A DNA stretch of 64,000 bases from Marsupella aquatica (taxonomy: Eukaryota > Plantae > Marchantiophyta), in assembly GCA_973895155.1 (NCBI GenBank), contig OZ316896.1, forward strand, positions 16,914,754 through 16,978,753, in the 5' to 3' direction. The stretch's first letter is position 1. The number at the start of each line of letters is the position of its first letter. A program made the position numbers and the translations under genes. Under the pieces are notes generated by a model. That model searched no databases. It saw nothing but the letters and a program-made list of their open reading frames with translations, and had not been told where the DNA came from. Of the stretch, positions 12,701 through 26,340 are shown one piece after another.

Positions 12701-13780
12701 CCTAAAACTTTGCAAGAATGATTATTTCCCATCAAAACAGATCCGTTGATAGGAGTGTAGGATGAGAAAAGTTCACGCATATAGCACATGTGATACGAGC
12801 AAGCGGAATCCAAGATTCATTGACAATCCTCAACTTGGGAAGTGGTACACAATGCAAATCCTTCACTATCCTCTTCTCGAACAATTACTTGGGCTGAAGA
12901 ACCGGCAACTTCCTTGAATGTGTCTTTGACGCGACAATCCTTCTTCATGTGGCCCACCTTGTCACACTTCCGACACTTTATCTCACGAGTAGACTTGGAT
13001 GGTGATTTGGATCGAGATCTAGATCTGGATCTAAACCTCCTCCGACCAAAAGATCGGTCGTGGAACCTTCCTCGCTCCATGGGAAGTGGGTTAAACATTT
13101 TGTTTTCATGAGATGGCTCCCTTGATTTGCCTCTTTCTACCAACAGTGTTGTTGATGATGAGGTTGAGGTAGGATGAGCTGAAGAAACCAGCTTAGACTG
13201 CATGTCATCGGTCAACAGGGCACTCACCACATCATTGTAGGATATAGTTGTCTTATCACGGAATAGAAGAACTCGAGACAAAGATTGGTACGAAGGTGGT
13301 AGTGAGCTCAAGAGTTGTAAGGCTTTTTTTTCTTCGCTCAAATGCTCCCCCAAATTATCTAGGTCAACCACAAGATCATTGAACTGATCGATATGATCTT
13401 GAATCTTGACTCCATCAGCCATTTTAAATTGCATGAGCTTCAGGCTTGCATACATTCGGTTTGACATCTCCTTCTTGTAGTACTTCTTGCGCAATGCTTG
13501 CCGGGAATGCTTGAAACAAGTCCGTCACCGTTTGTGTTGCTTTTTCCTCAAACTGCTTCTTCACATTGTTTTTCAGGTACATGCCAACAATACTTACCGC
13601 TTGATCCTGGAGATCATGCCAATCATCATCTTCCATCTCCTTGGGTTAAGATCTTAGTACCTTGCCTAGGCCCATCGCCCTAAGTGCATCCCTCACGTTA
13701 CGTTCCCACATTGTATAGTCCATCCGACCATCAAATTTTTCCACCTCAAACCTTTGACCTCCAATCCTAGTAGTCGCCAT
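9760..13780 (-). pseudogene. Disrupted copia gag-pol polyprotein
   Basis: ATG at 13780 (MATTRIGGQRFEVEKFDG). Zinc knuckle CRKCDKVGHMKKDC, protease ILDSACSYHM, integrase [46 protein letters not shown], RNase H GYVDADYAGDLDKRRSTTG..KHIDVRYHF. Several in-frame stops (e.g. CQ*ILD, GY*LWD, RA*KC, FTQ*K, GLK*SP) and frameshifts. Confidence 0.95.
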
Positions 13781-14951
13781 CGCTGGAATGCCAAATGTAG
13801 TGTGGAGTCATCTTTCGACAAGAATTAAACGTTGAATGCTCAGATGTGGGGTGTGAAAATAAGGCCAAAAATGAAAGTTGGTGAATTTTGAAACTGATCA
13901 CTCCTATGTGTAGCCCACAAGGTAACGCTCCAAATTATGAAAACGGTTTGTCAAATGGACTCTCGAGTGCCAAGAATTTTTACTCCGACCGGAGGGGGGT
14001 AACAGATGAAATAATTACCCCTCGAGGGAATCTCTTATACCAAAGATTCCACTAGTATACTTTTTCAGAATCGAACGCACCAATACTTGCCTAGCTTCCC
14101 CAAGTACGTCTCTCCAAAAGTTGAAGTTGATCCGATTTTATTTTCCGCTCAGAATCTTTGACCCTTCGGTAAAAATTTAAGCCTCTGGAAAAGAATATTT
14201 TTGGGTAATTCCGTCCGCCCTTGTACATCCCCTGTGGGGGACTTCATAGGGGGCACTTCCCCCTGCCCGAGCCCTGTCGAGCCCTAAAAGGCCTCCTTGA
14301 AGTTTTCGACCTCCTCGCGCGTCCGCGGAAGTCGTGACTACTCGCGGCAGAAAGTACCCCTCGGCGGATTCACTCAAGTTCCCCTCTTAGTTTTTGACGA
14401 AATCCAATTCTGATTTCAGATTCAGAAACTAGACTTCAAGGACATTAAGATTGATATAAAGAACTTGCAAAACGGTGGAGTAATGAGGGAGAAACAATTC
14501 TGTGAAAGTGACTGATATTAAGTTATCTGCCATAGCCAAAATTTTGAGCTCAAAAAATGAGAATTGAAATTAAGATTGCTTCTCAACCGTTTGACAAAAT
14601 TCAAGGATGTTGATATCGAAACGTCTAGAAAGACAAGGCGCTCAAGCGTATCTCAGTTTCAAGTCCCAATAGAATAATCAAAAAGACTGATTTGAGAAAT
14701 TGACCTTATCTCTTGCTCGATAACGTAAATTGAAAACCGTCACTTACAATTGTTTTTGTTTCTGACCTCAGGCTTTCATTGCTTCACTGAAATGAGCCCC
14801 TGGTTGTGTGCTCCACACTTGTGAGAAGATTGAGTCTGATCTTCTTTCAATAGCTCTGCTTCAAAGAGAAAATCATCCGCTGTTCGCTTTGCTTGAAGCA
14901 AGTTCTATGGAGTTCCTAATCAACTGAAAAAATCTGAGCTCTGATACCAAT

Positions 14952-15275
14952 TGTGGGGAGAAATCAGATCAGGAAAAACACTCCAAACATACACGTGCTC
15001 AATAGTTACGTGGTTCGCCTCAAGGTTGGCTACGTCCACGGGAAGACCAAACTTTATTAATGGTTATGTGTCTACTCAAGCATCACCATAGCTCTCATCT
15101 CTTCAAGCTCTTATCTCTTGCTATATCACTGTGTTCTCTCTTGAGAACTCTCTTGTGTGTTCTCACACCACATACAAGTTGAAGAGATAAGGACCAATCT
15201 CTTCAACTAGGGTTTACTTTAACCCTAGTTAACATACTAACCATAGTTCAACCCAAGACTGAGTTAACCTCTACA
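14952..15275 (-). repeat. 5' LTR of copia element
   Basis: Near-identical to 9242-9565 and followed on the minus strand by an initiator-Met tRNA PBS. Confidence 0.97.
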
Positions 15276-15785
15276 AAAATGACTAAATTCTTAATGTGGA
15301 CTTCCATGCAATAATCCACCCATTATCTATCAATGAGGGACTGTGTGACTGTGTATAGCCTTGGGAGGCCTATGGCTGCTGACATTAATACTCTAAGTGC
15401 ACCAACATTTGGGATTGGCTTATTACAAACCTTAACAATAGCTTCTCTATAAAAGAAAACCTTGGATGGGCTGACTCTATAACATATACACTCATGATTA
15501 ATTGTAGTTACATATGGGAGTTACATGTCACACCATTATGAGTGGTAGTATAGTTTGGTATGTGTGCTATATGATCAGTCAGTATGTGTTTAGTTTGTGA
15601 AAGAATTATCCCTTTGGTGTTTGCTCAAAGACTTCATCTTTTGATGTTGAGCCTTTGAGCACAAGCTTTGGCTGCTATGGTGCGGTTGGCCAGATTATGT
15701 GCATATACCGTGTATTCCTTGGAGCACAAGGTGCGTTGGGCTTCACATACGTGCATGATTGCATTGGACATGATCATCGAACATG

Positions 15786-16117
15786 TGTTGAGCATAGACG
15801 ACAATCGCAACGGCAAGCCCATGAACCATCCAACGACACAGATAGATACGTGGTTCACCTCCACACAAGGCTACGTCCACGGGAACACACAAGAGCTTTA
15901 CTGCACTCTAGGCCGACCGGCCATACCAAGCATCCACAACACAAGCTCTCATATCTCTCAACTAGCTCTGTAACAATGAGCCTAAGTTCCACTAGGGGCT
16001 GGCACCAGCCCTGGCAATATACACAACAACACTATAGCTAACATTAGCTAAGTCCTAACCCGAGTTAGCCTAACTATGATTAGTTCATGAGTCACAAGAG
16101 TAGAACAATATCTAACA
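15786..16117 (-). mobile_element. Solo LTR of a second LTR-retrotransposon family
   Basis: TG..CA ends. The reverse complement aligns end to end with the LTR at 63447-63790. Flanks ACATG / ATATG (4/5 TSD match). No PBS or PPT adjacent. Confidence 0.9.
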
Positions 16118-17640
16118 ATATGATCATTGTTTGATTGGGACCGATCACTATTCAATTTTCTCTCTTGAAGATTCATTGTGGTTTTTGGGCATGTCCTGGG
16201 CATGTGCGGACATAAGTTCCACTTGTAGTAACTCCAATGTCCTATGTTTGTTATGTTGGATCGTGACCATGTTTGGATATTTAACAAAGCGATGTATATT
16301 GTGTAACAATGTGTATAATTATGTTTGGTAGCACATTGAATTGATCTTTGGTGATTGTACTGCACAAAGTTTGCAGTGCAAACACATACAGATCGGACAT
16401 CACTAAAGAACTTGTCTGGTAGAGGCTCTGGAACAATCATTAGACATGTAGTTGATCCCCTTGCATTGGTGTTAGCAAAGGTGATGCATGAGGACATCTT
16501 TTTTCATTCCCGCTTTGTTGTTGACTTGCTCTTCTTCCGGGACTTGGACAAACTGTTCCGTTTTAGTTGAACTTGAAGTCTCATTATTTAGTAGTACCAT
16601 AAGTTGGACCTCTAATGTTTTTAGTGCAACAATTATGCTTATCGAATCAATTTAATGCAATAAACGCATGGCACTCGCAAAAGCTTATAAGAGCGAGCAT
16701 TCCTTTAGGAATGATCCTCGTGCTGAGATTGTTATCTTGATTTTCCCGAAGTCTTCTCCTATATGATTGTTGCACCAGTTACAACAGTGAGGGGAGGATG
16801 TATTAAATTTTCATCCTATTGACATTTTCAACCTTACAATGACAGCTTCAAGTCGGTGCTGGAGCAAAGAAAACGTGATCCTACTCTTTAGACCCTTTTG
16901 ACAGTTCACACGGCTTTCCGAGTTAGTGCCAGTCAAAGGAGATTTTTTCCTGTCAAACTGTTTCTGCAGATTCCCACTATTTCCCTTAGGACTGATCAAC
17001 CAGATGTCCTCTTCTGTCACAATGGTTTTGTATATAGGCTCCATCACGGTTCATGAAAATGATAAGAGGAAAGGAACAGCTACTGCTAAGGCTGAGTGCA
17101 CCCATCAAAGACTACACGCAATTATAGATTCTATCCTCTCGTGGGCATGGACAATTGTCCACCTTCATACATGCCTCTTGCAAACGCTGTGCCGGGCTAA
17201 ATACAAGCAATTGCCTCTTTGAAATCAATTCTTCGTGATGTTAAAGTGATCAAAAACGGGACATATATTGCTGCACAGGTTCTCTGAGCAAAGTCGTTGC
17301 ACCGCCTTGACGAAAAACTGCTGTTCACCTCTGCATTAGCATCTCACTAGGCGGGTGTTGCGCACGACAAGTAGGACTCCCGCAATGACCCTTTGGGTAG
17401 TACCAGCCTGTAGACAGTGTAATTTATCTTCATTTCCAATGCTTTCCAGCTATTCAAGTTGCCAATTATTTACATTTCTTCAAACTCATTAAGTGTGCTA
17501 CTGATCAAAGGAAGCGGGACAACTAACCAACTGAGGATGAATTCTTGCTATATGATTGAGAAAAGCAGTAAAGTGGGATCACTGCGTATGACTACAGTAA
17601 GAAGGTCTGTCTTTCTCCAGTTTTTTATTACCTTATTCAT

Positions 17641-19731
17641 TCAACAGATGACAATCATAACCCATCTAAACCTCACATTACTATCCCGCAAGAAAGCAGA
17701 GATGGGTAGATGTGGGTTGTGGATATTACTCATATCTACTCCACGGAGCGTCAGCTCACGATGCTCTTGACAGAGAGCGCAAAACATGCAGCCGGCGTGG
17801 GTGCAGAAGTCGCCACAAGGTTCTTCCGGTAGCATGAACTTCTTGCGGAGTTTTTCCCGGTATTGGTAGGAACTGCAACACCAGAGGCACAAGAACCAGG
17901 AGCAATGCCAGTACTTGGCTGCATACAGTTTCAGAGAAAACGATTTCAGCCTTAGGTCAGATCATTGGAAATCTTGTATGAGTACCGTGTACTGGGCCTT
18001 ACTTTCAAGTTCTGGACAAACCTGTGTGTATAATTGTGATGATCAGAATGTGTGAATAACTTGTGTGTCAAGAGCAAACGATTCAGCCTTCAGTCGGATG
18101 GTAGGAAATTTGTATGATTACTGTACCTTACTCAAGCTTGTTCACATTAGCAAGGACACAGGCGACTAATGCTCTTAAGATCCCAATCTGAGATGAAAGC
18201 ATAAAATAGGGCAAATGAATCCTATCACCGTGCTATGAAATTGCAGTCCTAGTTACATGCTACCCTTGCTACAAAGTAATGGTTGAGAGATTCATACAGT
18301 TGGGTGCAAAGAGGAAAGATCCCATTCGTCCAACCACCAAACAGGGGCAGATAGTTGTATAAATGCCTGTCCAAATCCAACAATGTTACAGCCCAGTACG
18401 TTACTGTAGAGACAGGTTGCATTCTCTCTTTTAATATATTACTTCTATCCTTGAAATAAACACGCCTTGCGTTAAACAAAAATCTCCACTCACAATTGAG
18501 ATACATGCTGGACGGGACGCTGATGTTTTACAAACAACATGTATTGTCGCAGTGTTCAGTCATCCTAGTCTAGATGTGCTCTGTTCCATTCAATCTGTAC
18601 TTTGTGTGTTGGGAAAGGTAATTGTCAATACATAGCAAGGTCTGAATCATGAACCAATTCAATTGAGTTTTGAAGGGCTCTGAATCATGAACCACTTCAA
18701 TTGATTTTTGGAGTCCACGGATCATAATTGGAGCATGGAACGGAGAGAGCCATAGGGAAATAAACTACGGCCAGGAGGCGGGTAATAACCTAATGCTCTC
18801 GTAAGATTCAGATAACGCTGCAACATCATATCATGGGAAGGAAGACTGCCGGCGGACACACAGATGAGGGTTCTTAGATTGTAGACTCTCTTCAGTTGGC
18901 TGCCATTCAGATTTCCTAAGTACAGTCCCAACCCAGGTTTTGTCCTGGCTCCTAGCCTGACAGCAAAAACAGTTTTCCAATACTAACTAATCCTTTCCAC
19001 ATCTGGTGGTCTTGATGGGGAGTATGAGTTTGGGCATGACTTTGACTTGAAAGTAGGTTCTGTCAAGACTTCCGAATCATTCTGGAGAAGGTCACACTGT
19101 GTGATGAAATCCTACGCTTGCCTTCTTGAGCTGGGGCCACTTCAACTGGAGGATTTCCGTCTGCTAGAATTCTTTTCTTCGTCCTTTTTGCCAATGTTGA
19201 TCTTTTCCAATAGTCACATGTGCAAGCATTTACGAACTTGTAGCTGTTACTAATCTTCTGAAGATTTCAAAAACAAGGTTTTCTTGAGAGTACATGAACA
19301 TGGCTGTTCTGGAAGGAACCGAAGGTGAGAGCAGGATGGTCAGGCACATTCTTCCTTCCCAGATCAACCATGAACAATTCGCTTGTTGTACTGGTGCACA
19401 GGTCAGGGATTCTAGTCGAGGACTGACCTGACCTCCTGCGCTATAGGCTGACGAAGGGTCGACAGGAAATTGCCAACTTACAGCCGCAACAGTTTTTGCG
19501 CATGGAGAAAAAGCCGGTGCTCCACTTCTGAGGTGTTTTCCCGCGACCTGCTTGCTGGGCCGGCGTGCCTCCTTGACTGGCGTGGGGGGTTCCTTTTGGG
19601 GTGCGCGTCGTGAACCTGTCCGCCATTCCTGGGGTTATCACCGCCGCCGCGGCCCGTTCTGCAATTGGCATCCTCTCTGGCACATTCACTCCGACATTCG
19701 CATGCACAATGGTTCTACCCTCCAGTGCCAT
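17641..19731 (-). CDS. PLAC8 / PLANT CADMIUM RESISTANCE / cell-number-regulator-like Cys-rich membrane protein, 3 exons
   Basis: Exons 19731-19482, 18366-18298, 17918-17641, joined by two phase-1 GT-AG introns. Spliced: [31 protein letters not shown]..[39 protein letters not shown]. The extreme C-terminus could be spliced differently. Confidence 0.88.
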
Positions 19732-22700
19732 GATCTCTCCAAGTCAGATTGTTCGATGAAGTCTCGAGATTAGTCCAATTTTTCGTGGTCACAATGTGTA
19801 TGAATGTTTCAAATTCTGTCCCGGACAACCCATCAATTGCACTGGCGCATTCAGTAGATTGTTTGAATGGCACCTTTTGACATTGAAGGCGTGAGAGTTG
19901 GTAATCAATCAAACTGTCACTACCGTAGTTAGTCTGTTGAGAAATTTGGGCATCTTTTGATTGAACTTCACATCAATCTATCGAAGAATTGACATGTTTG
20001 TTTCGAAATTTAGTGGTGGAACTTTTGTGACTGTTTCTACCAGCCAGGGTATAGTTTCTCCGTCAAACTACTAATAGGGATCTGCGAAGTTCCCAATTCC
20101 GGTTGCCAATGGTTACCAATTGAAACACCGTTAAGGTCGGCCGTAGTGTACATCTGAATTTGCCCTAATTAATACGAATGGAAACCGAAATCAACGCTTC
20201 TTGAGGAATATTTCCAGTTCAGATCATTGACGGCACTTCATCCGATTCCTATGTCGATGATTTCTTGACAATGTTTGATACTTGTAGCATCCGAAGGAGA
20301 GAATGTTGAAGACATCTGGAGAACATAGCTTTAGGTCTGAAACGCTTAGAAGAGAGCTTCCTTCATTATCCTCTCCAAGAAAATCATGATAGAATGAAGA
20401 TGGAAGAAATTGAACAAGCTTGGAACTGCTTGATCCCCGAGCCTCCTGGACCACCCAGGCACACCGTCCTCACTTACAATATCTCATCGATTCGTTCAAT
20501 TTGTGTTGGGCTTCGGAACACCATTGCTAGTATGACAGAAGTAGGGTGTCTGAGTGGAAAGCATTCCGAACTGCCCAGCGTCAGATCTGGCCGAATTTCT
20601 GGAACAAAAATTTATCAATGCCAAACCAGCAGATTCGAGAGGACTTGCTGGAGTCTGCCAAGGGACAGGAGGAGACCCATCACCCGCCTCTGGCTGCTCA
20701 GATCAATTTCAATCTCCATTCGAACAAAAGACGTAGTTTGTGTGCACTAAGAGATGATTGCGGAGGTGAATCATGTTTGTACGGTGTTTCGCGTCTTTAT
20801 ACAGCCAGCTCTAGCTCGAATGAGACCAGCTAGATCGATTCAGTCCACTAATGCTCAGATGCAACGGAGGGTTTTTTCACGAGACAGAAGGGAACTTGTG
20901 TGCCAACAATCTGCTGGATGGAGGCATGCAGAGGGCCGACTGAGAAGACTCTAACCTCAAGCAAGACCCCTGCCAATTAAAACGCCCTTAAAAAGTGTTG
21001 AGCAAATTTGCTTATTTAGGGGAACTTAATTAGCATAAATAGCAGTGATCCTGAATGCAAGTGACTGCATTGAGCTTAGTATTTGACGAAGTAGATTTTT
21101 GTTTTTTCAGAAAGGTGAACATTCGAAGAACCACAATGCAGTTAGGAAAACACAATACCAGCAAAGTTTGTGCTCACCGAAAAGCAGTCTCGCGAGTGCT
21201 TCATGGGACATAAGCACGGGAGGCCTCCCCGAGGATGTTTCTATTCCATACAAACAGGAGCGGCACCGTTTAGTGAGCTGAAGCACAGGGTGAACAAAAG
21301 ACAGGGTGAACAAAAGACACTGTCCAGTGCACTGTGATTATGAAGGACAGCAAAAAGAAAGTCCACCCTGTGCGTTAAGGCGCCAAAAAATATTAGCCAA
21401 GTCCAAAGAGGTGGCGGAACGAACCTTAGGTGCACTATATCCTTATCAAGAAGTGGTTCTTAAAAGCATCCTCACCAGTGGAAAAACATAACCTGATTTT
21501 GACTCTGGCAGGAAGGACCCGTGTAGTTTCTCGAAGGAGGGATACCTTAGACCACAAATACAGCCTGGACAAAACTACTTCTTTCTATATTATCTGCAGA
21601 AGTTGCAAATATACTCGCAGCCTCAAATATAAGTGGCCGTTGGGAGGTATAAAACGATCTTGGTAAAACAAACAGTCAAATTGAAGAATGAAGAAACAGT
21701 TTGTTGTAATGCTTTCATCATTCTTGCATTTGGCAGTTTGTATCCCTCCATTGGATGAACAGAGCAGTCCACGATTCAAACTAGCTGTCAAAGTCTTGCA
21801 TGAAAATCGCAACAAGTTTTAGATTCAGTTCTTATGGCTTGCTATAAATCTATCAAACCACACATGCAGATAGTAATAGTAGAGCATGTATCGAGTTTAA
21901 CATTCAGTTCATGCAAGTAATTAAGCTCTAAGGTCAAACCTATCTTGCTGTTCTTGCCAAATTCGCAGCTAGTAGATGAGCATGGAACATAACACAGACA
22001 TCAGATGTAGATTTTCTGAACCATTTAGCGAGGGAGCTGTACGCCAGATAATTAAAATTCATGTTATTCTACTCAGGATGAGAAAGATTCAGTTTCAATC
22101 TGATCCTCCTAATAGCATCGCAAAATATGATTGATCTTTTCCTCCTTCACTTCACCGTCAGCAGATCTATTTTTGCTGTCAACATTACTCTTCTCAAATG
22201 CGGATTTGGCAGGACTGTTGGCCTCATAATATATGTCCGCAGCTTTCGTTTTAGTACCAACCTCCAAGTTACTGCTACCTGAATAACTAGAGTCCAGACC
22301 AATTTTATGGCTAATGGACCTGTAGGCGACACTCTTTTTTGCTGCTAGTGCTTGAATCATGTCTGTAGTCAGTCTTTCTAGAACAAAATTGTCCTCGACC
22401 GGATGACACACTTGGTTTCGAGAAATCTGTCACTCCACACTGAATCACAGGTGATATACAAAAGGCGAGGTTGACAGTAGTAACATCCTCTACATGTTAG
22501 ACAGGAACAATTCCTGTCTTTACTAACATCAGGAATTGTTCTTGTATAGTCTCAACACGCTGTTTTCTTCTCCGCCACGGATAGTTTAGAACCATCCCAA
22601 CGGCACTCTAGGTCAGTTGGGAGCTGGGTTTGACCTAGAACATTAGCAGAAACCTGTAATTCCAAGAGCGACCTGACTCCATTGGTGATAATTACAATAC

Positions 22701-24469
22701 TACAAGAAGAGGAACCGCAACGTGAAAGGAACTAAACTTGGAGTGAAGCCATAGAAATTCAACTCTTATTTAAAACATGATAGCCCTTGTTTTGGGAGGG
22801 ACAAAGCTTACAATTTTTCCTTCCAAAGAATAAATAAGGAAATTTTCTTTTCTCTGCCAATCTGTTGACAGAAGATTGAATGTTGTGCCTACCTCATAAA
22901 GAATCTACACACTAAATAATATAAAGCTGAGTGAGACTGAAAACCTTCTCATATTGGTAACCTGGAAAGCATCACTTTAGACCAGCCGAATAGCAATCCC
23001 AGCTCGCGTTCTCATTCGTTTAATCCTAATGTGAAGTACTTTACAAAATTCTAGGTGTGCGGGTGGGGGAGAAAGTTGGGAATAACACAGAAATTGAACA
23101 AAAAATGAAAAGTGCAGAACGGACGACCATACATTCGATGTGTTATTAAAATGCTCTGCTTAGACTTGAATTAGCAAACTGGTCAATTAACCTCTTTGAA
23201 CAACGAGCCTGCTCAAAAGCAGGTACTGAGGGAAACTATAACTAGATGAGCAACACTCGGAACCGAGCAAGGAATGAGAACATTGTAAGAGCGAAGGGCA
23301 TGAAGATGACTGCCCAAGCTGACCAGCAAGCTGTCTAGAAAAGAAGTCAAGGATCGATCGTTAAGACATTTTGAATGCGTAAGCTTAACTGGTTCTGATT
23401 CACATAGCTTCTACTACTTCAATTATATATCTTTGCCCTCCTCGCTATCAAAGACAGCGCCACCCCCTCACAGTCCTCCCCACACAGACACAGCCAAGAG
23501 AAGACATGGATTTGCTTCAACTTGTGGATCGCACATGATGAGGATGCGAACTACCGGCCATTATTGGTCCATCGCTCTGCACATGAATGATGTAGTGTTC
23601 CGAAACCGGGGAAGGGGAAAATGGAAAAAACCGCTAATCATTGTAAACTCTTTGAAATACTCCACCACGGTTCTTGGACAGGCAGAGATCTACATGGCAT
23701 AGAATCCGTATCCCAAGGGTGTTCAGACAACAGTCGTTTTTCAGAATTTAGGTTTGAAGACACACTTTGTCCGACAGGACCAATCAAAAAGTCTCTCTCC
23801 TCACTTGGGCTGGTCGCCAGTTTGAGAGCATCAAACTGAAAGGAATCAGCTATTGGAGGACAATTTCACGCAGGAAAGGAAAGAGGGGCGGCAAGGGGTT
23901 GACTGGATCTCAGATTCGCCTTTCGTCACCCATTTCTGCGGAAACCCCGGCACAACAACAACAACACAGAACTCTGCGAGTTCAAGCCGCCGCTGCACTC
24001 AGGAAAACAGAGAAGTTCAAAGAGTCATCAGCACCTGACGCGAACAAATCCCTCCTCTGCCCCCATCAGGGCTCCGACATAGTAGTGGCATTGATCTCAT
24101 CCTCGTCCAGCAAGCCAGCAAAGCAAGTGCCTCTCCAAATCTATGCCCCCTCACCTAAAAATATTGACAATCTCAACAATGTGACGAGGAGGTTCCATCA
24201 GAAGGCAGCCATGCCGACGAACACAAATTCCACTCTGCCAAGGTAGCCAAAGGAGAACCGACTCTCCCGCTTGCACACAGTTCATCGTCTTCATGAGAGT
24301 CACTTGCAAGATCGGAGAGGCGGGAAGATCACTCGCAGGCAGGCATGCGGAAGGGCAGGCAGAGAGCGGTGAATTTGCCCGACCGCCATAGCCGAAAGGA
24401 TCCACCTGCGTCAGACTTAAACTAGTGAGTGAAGAACGGCTCCAAAGTCTTGGAGGGTTTATACAGAGC

Positions 24470-25370
24470 TCGGATTCATGGTTAAGAGCCTTTGTTATGA
24501 GCCGTAACTCTTGTGGGGAACATAGGTTACCCGAGGGTACCCATTTCTTCTCCATGGTACTATTCTGATGATCTTGTGCCCCAAAATACATAACCCAAAA
24601 TCTGTTTTAGCACAAAAATTATACATGAGGTGCGTTGGATATATGGGCAAATTCATGGTTATGAGCCCTAATTTCTGTACTGAATGCAGGTTATGGGTGT
24701 GTAATCATTTTTGGAGGTACCTGTTATTCCCATAATTTCTTGCCCCAAAGTAACCTTTTTCTGGAGAGTAATTATTTACTATAATGGAGATCTGGGCAAG
24801 AATTCTAGCCTAAACCCTGCTCATAGAAAACTCAGAAAAATTTCCCAACTGCCTTGGTCTGGTTTTTTTTTTTTCACTTTCTGTTCACATGGTTACAGGC
24901 CAGTAACCCCAGACCAGATCACCTTTATCATATACTTAACTCTTGTGTCGAACAGAGGTTAGCCAATTAGGGAAACCATTATTTTCTAGTCCATTCTGCT
25001 ATTCTGATGATCTTGAATGTGCCCCTAATTCTATAACTGGATAACCTTTTTCTCAAAACTTAGACATGGAAACTGATGTGACGCATGGGCAGATTCATGG
25101 TCATTAGCCTTAACTCTTGCGCGAAATAAAGGTTACCCTTTCTTGTGCCCCAAACTTTATGACCAGATAACCGTTTTCCACACAAAAATTACACATGAAA
25201 ACCAGTGTGATGTATGGGCAAATTCATGGTTATGATCATTAACTCGTGTGCGTAACAAATGTTACCAGATGGTAAACATTATACTCCATGCTGCTATTGC
25301 GATAATCTTGTGCCCCAGAAACTTTTTTCCACACCAAAAGTACTTATGAAAACAAATGTGATGTAAGGCT
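24470..25370. repeat. Degenerate satellite-like tandem repeat (130-235 bp units, ~5 copies)
   Basis: Anchors ATTCATGGTTA / ATGGGCAAATTCATGG and GATCTTGTGCCCCA recur at ~24475, 24650, 24885, 25092 and 25222. Confidence 0.7.
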
Positions 25371-26248
25371 AGAGTTCTACTCTGTAACCCTGCTTTGGGA
25401 GTGTTTGAAAAAGCTTCCTGAGTGGTGCCTCTGCCACTGGTCAACTTGTTCTCACATTTCAAATGCAGGACGTAATCCCCCCCCCCTAGGCCTTTAATCC
25501 TATAGTTAATCCCCTGGTTAACCTGGCTCATGGATTATAGTCCACCATGTGTAAGTGAATTCCATGGTGAAGTGCAAGCAGTTCAGGTAGTCGTCTAATA
25601 TTATAGAAAATTTATTTTGTAATTGCACCCAATAATGTGGTATGCATAAGTGTAAGGCAACCGCCACTGAACAACAAATACTGGCACGAAACCACAAATA
25701 TATCAGTGCGTCTCCATGTATAAGTTGTACACATGCATTTATCAAGATCTTTAGCTCTTGATTCAATGACAAATAAGAGACCAGGCAGGGTCCACATAAC
25801 TAGTCTTACTTGTTCAGTGAGAGACTTGGTCAGATATTGACAGCACAATGTTTCTAGATGAAATGGATGGATCATCTTGTATATGAACTAAGTCTGAAGC
25901 AATAGCAACGGTTCAATCGGACTGCAACTACTGTAAGCGAGTATAAATCGAATTGTAATGTGTCCCTAGCTCTATCGAAGTGCAACTGTTGCCCTTGCTA
26001 AATTAACGATCATGGAGTACCCAACAGTTAATCTGTAGTACATGCAGCATAGCCAACTTCCTACATGTACCCTCCCTCGGCCCAAACCTGTAGAGGAGAA
26101 ACTAGCCTGATTGCCCATTCCTTGAACGTAAGTAGAGATGAAGACAAAAAAATTGTGCAAAAAAAAAAGAAATCTGTGGTATCTCTTGTTTACATTTGCC
26201 CCATCCTTGTTTTTTTTCACCCTCACTTTGTCCTTATTTAGACTCCAC

Positions 26249-26340
26249 TTTTGTACTTATATTTGAGCTCAATTTTGTACTTATATTTGAGTTCAATTTT
26301 GTACTTATATTTGAGTTCAATTTTGTCCATATCTGGAGTT
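26249..26340. repeat. 24-bp minisatellite, ~3.7 copies
   Basis: TTTTGTACTTATATTTGAG(C/T)TCAA tandem. Confidence 0.9.

Larger units (their letters stand above)
9242..15275 (-). mobile_element. Full-length Ty1/copia LTR retrotransposon (Tork/Tnt1-like), coding region disabled
   Basis: LTRs 9242-9565 and 14952-15275 (324 bp, TG..CA, 6 transition differences). TSD AAAAT at 9237-9241 and 15276-15280. PBS TGGTATCAGAGC(TC) at 14949-14936. PPT TCAAGGGAGAGTT at 9578-9566. Domain order gag-PR-IN-RT-RH. Confidence 0.98.

Noticed and set aside
18130-18190. Alternative CPC-containing PLAC8 middle exon
   Set aside because: A stop follows CPC immediately. The 18366-18298 exon fits both phase and motif.
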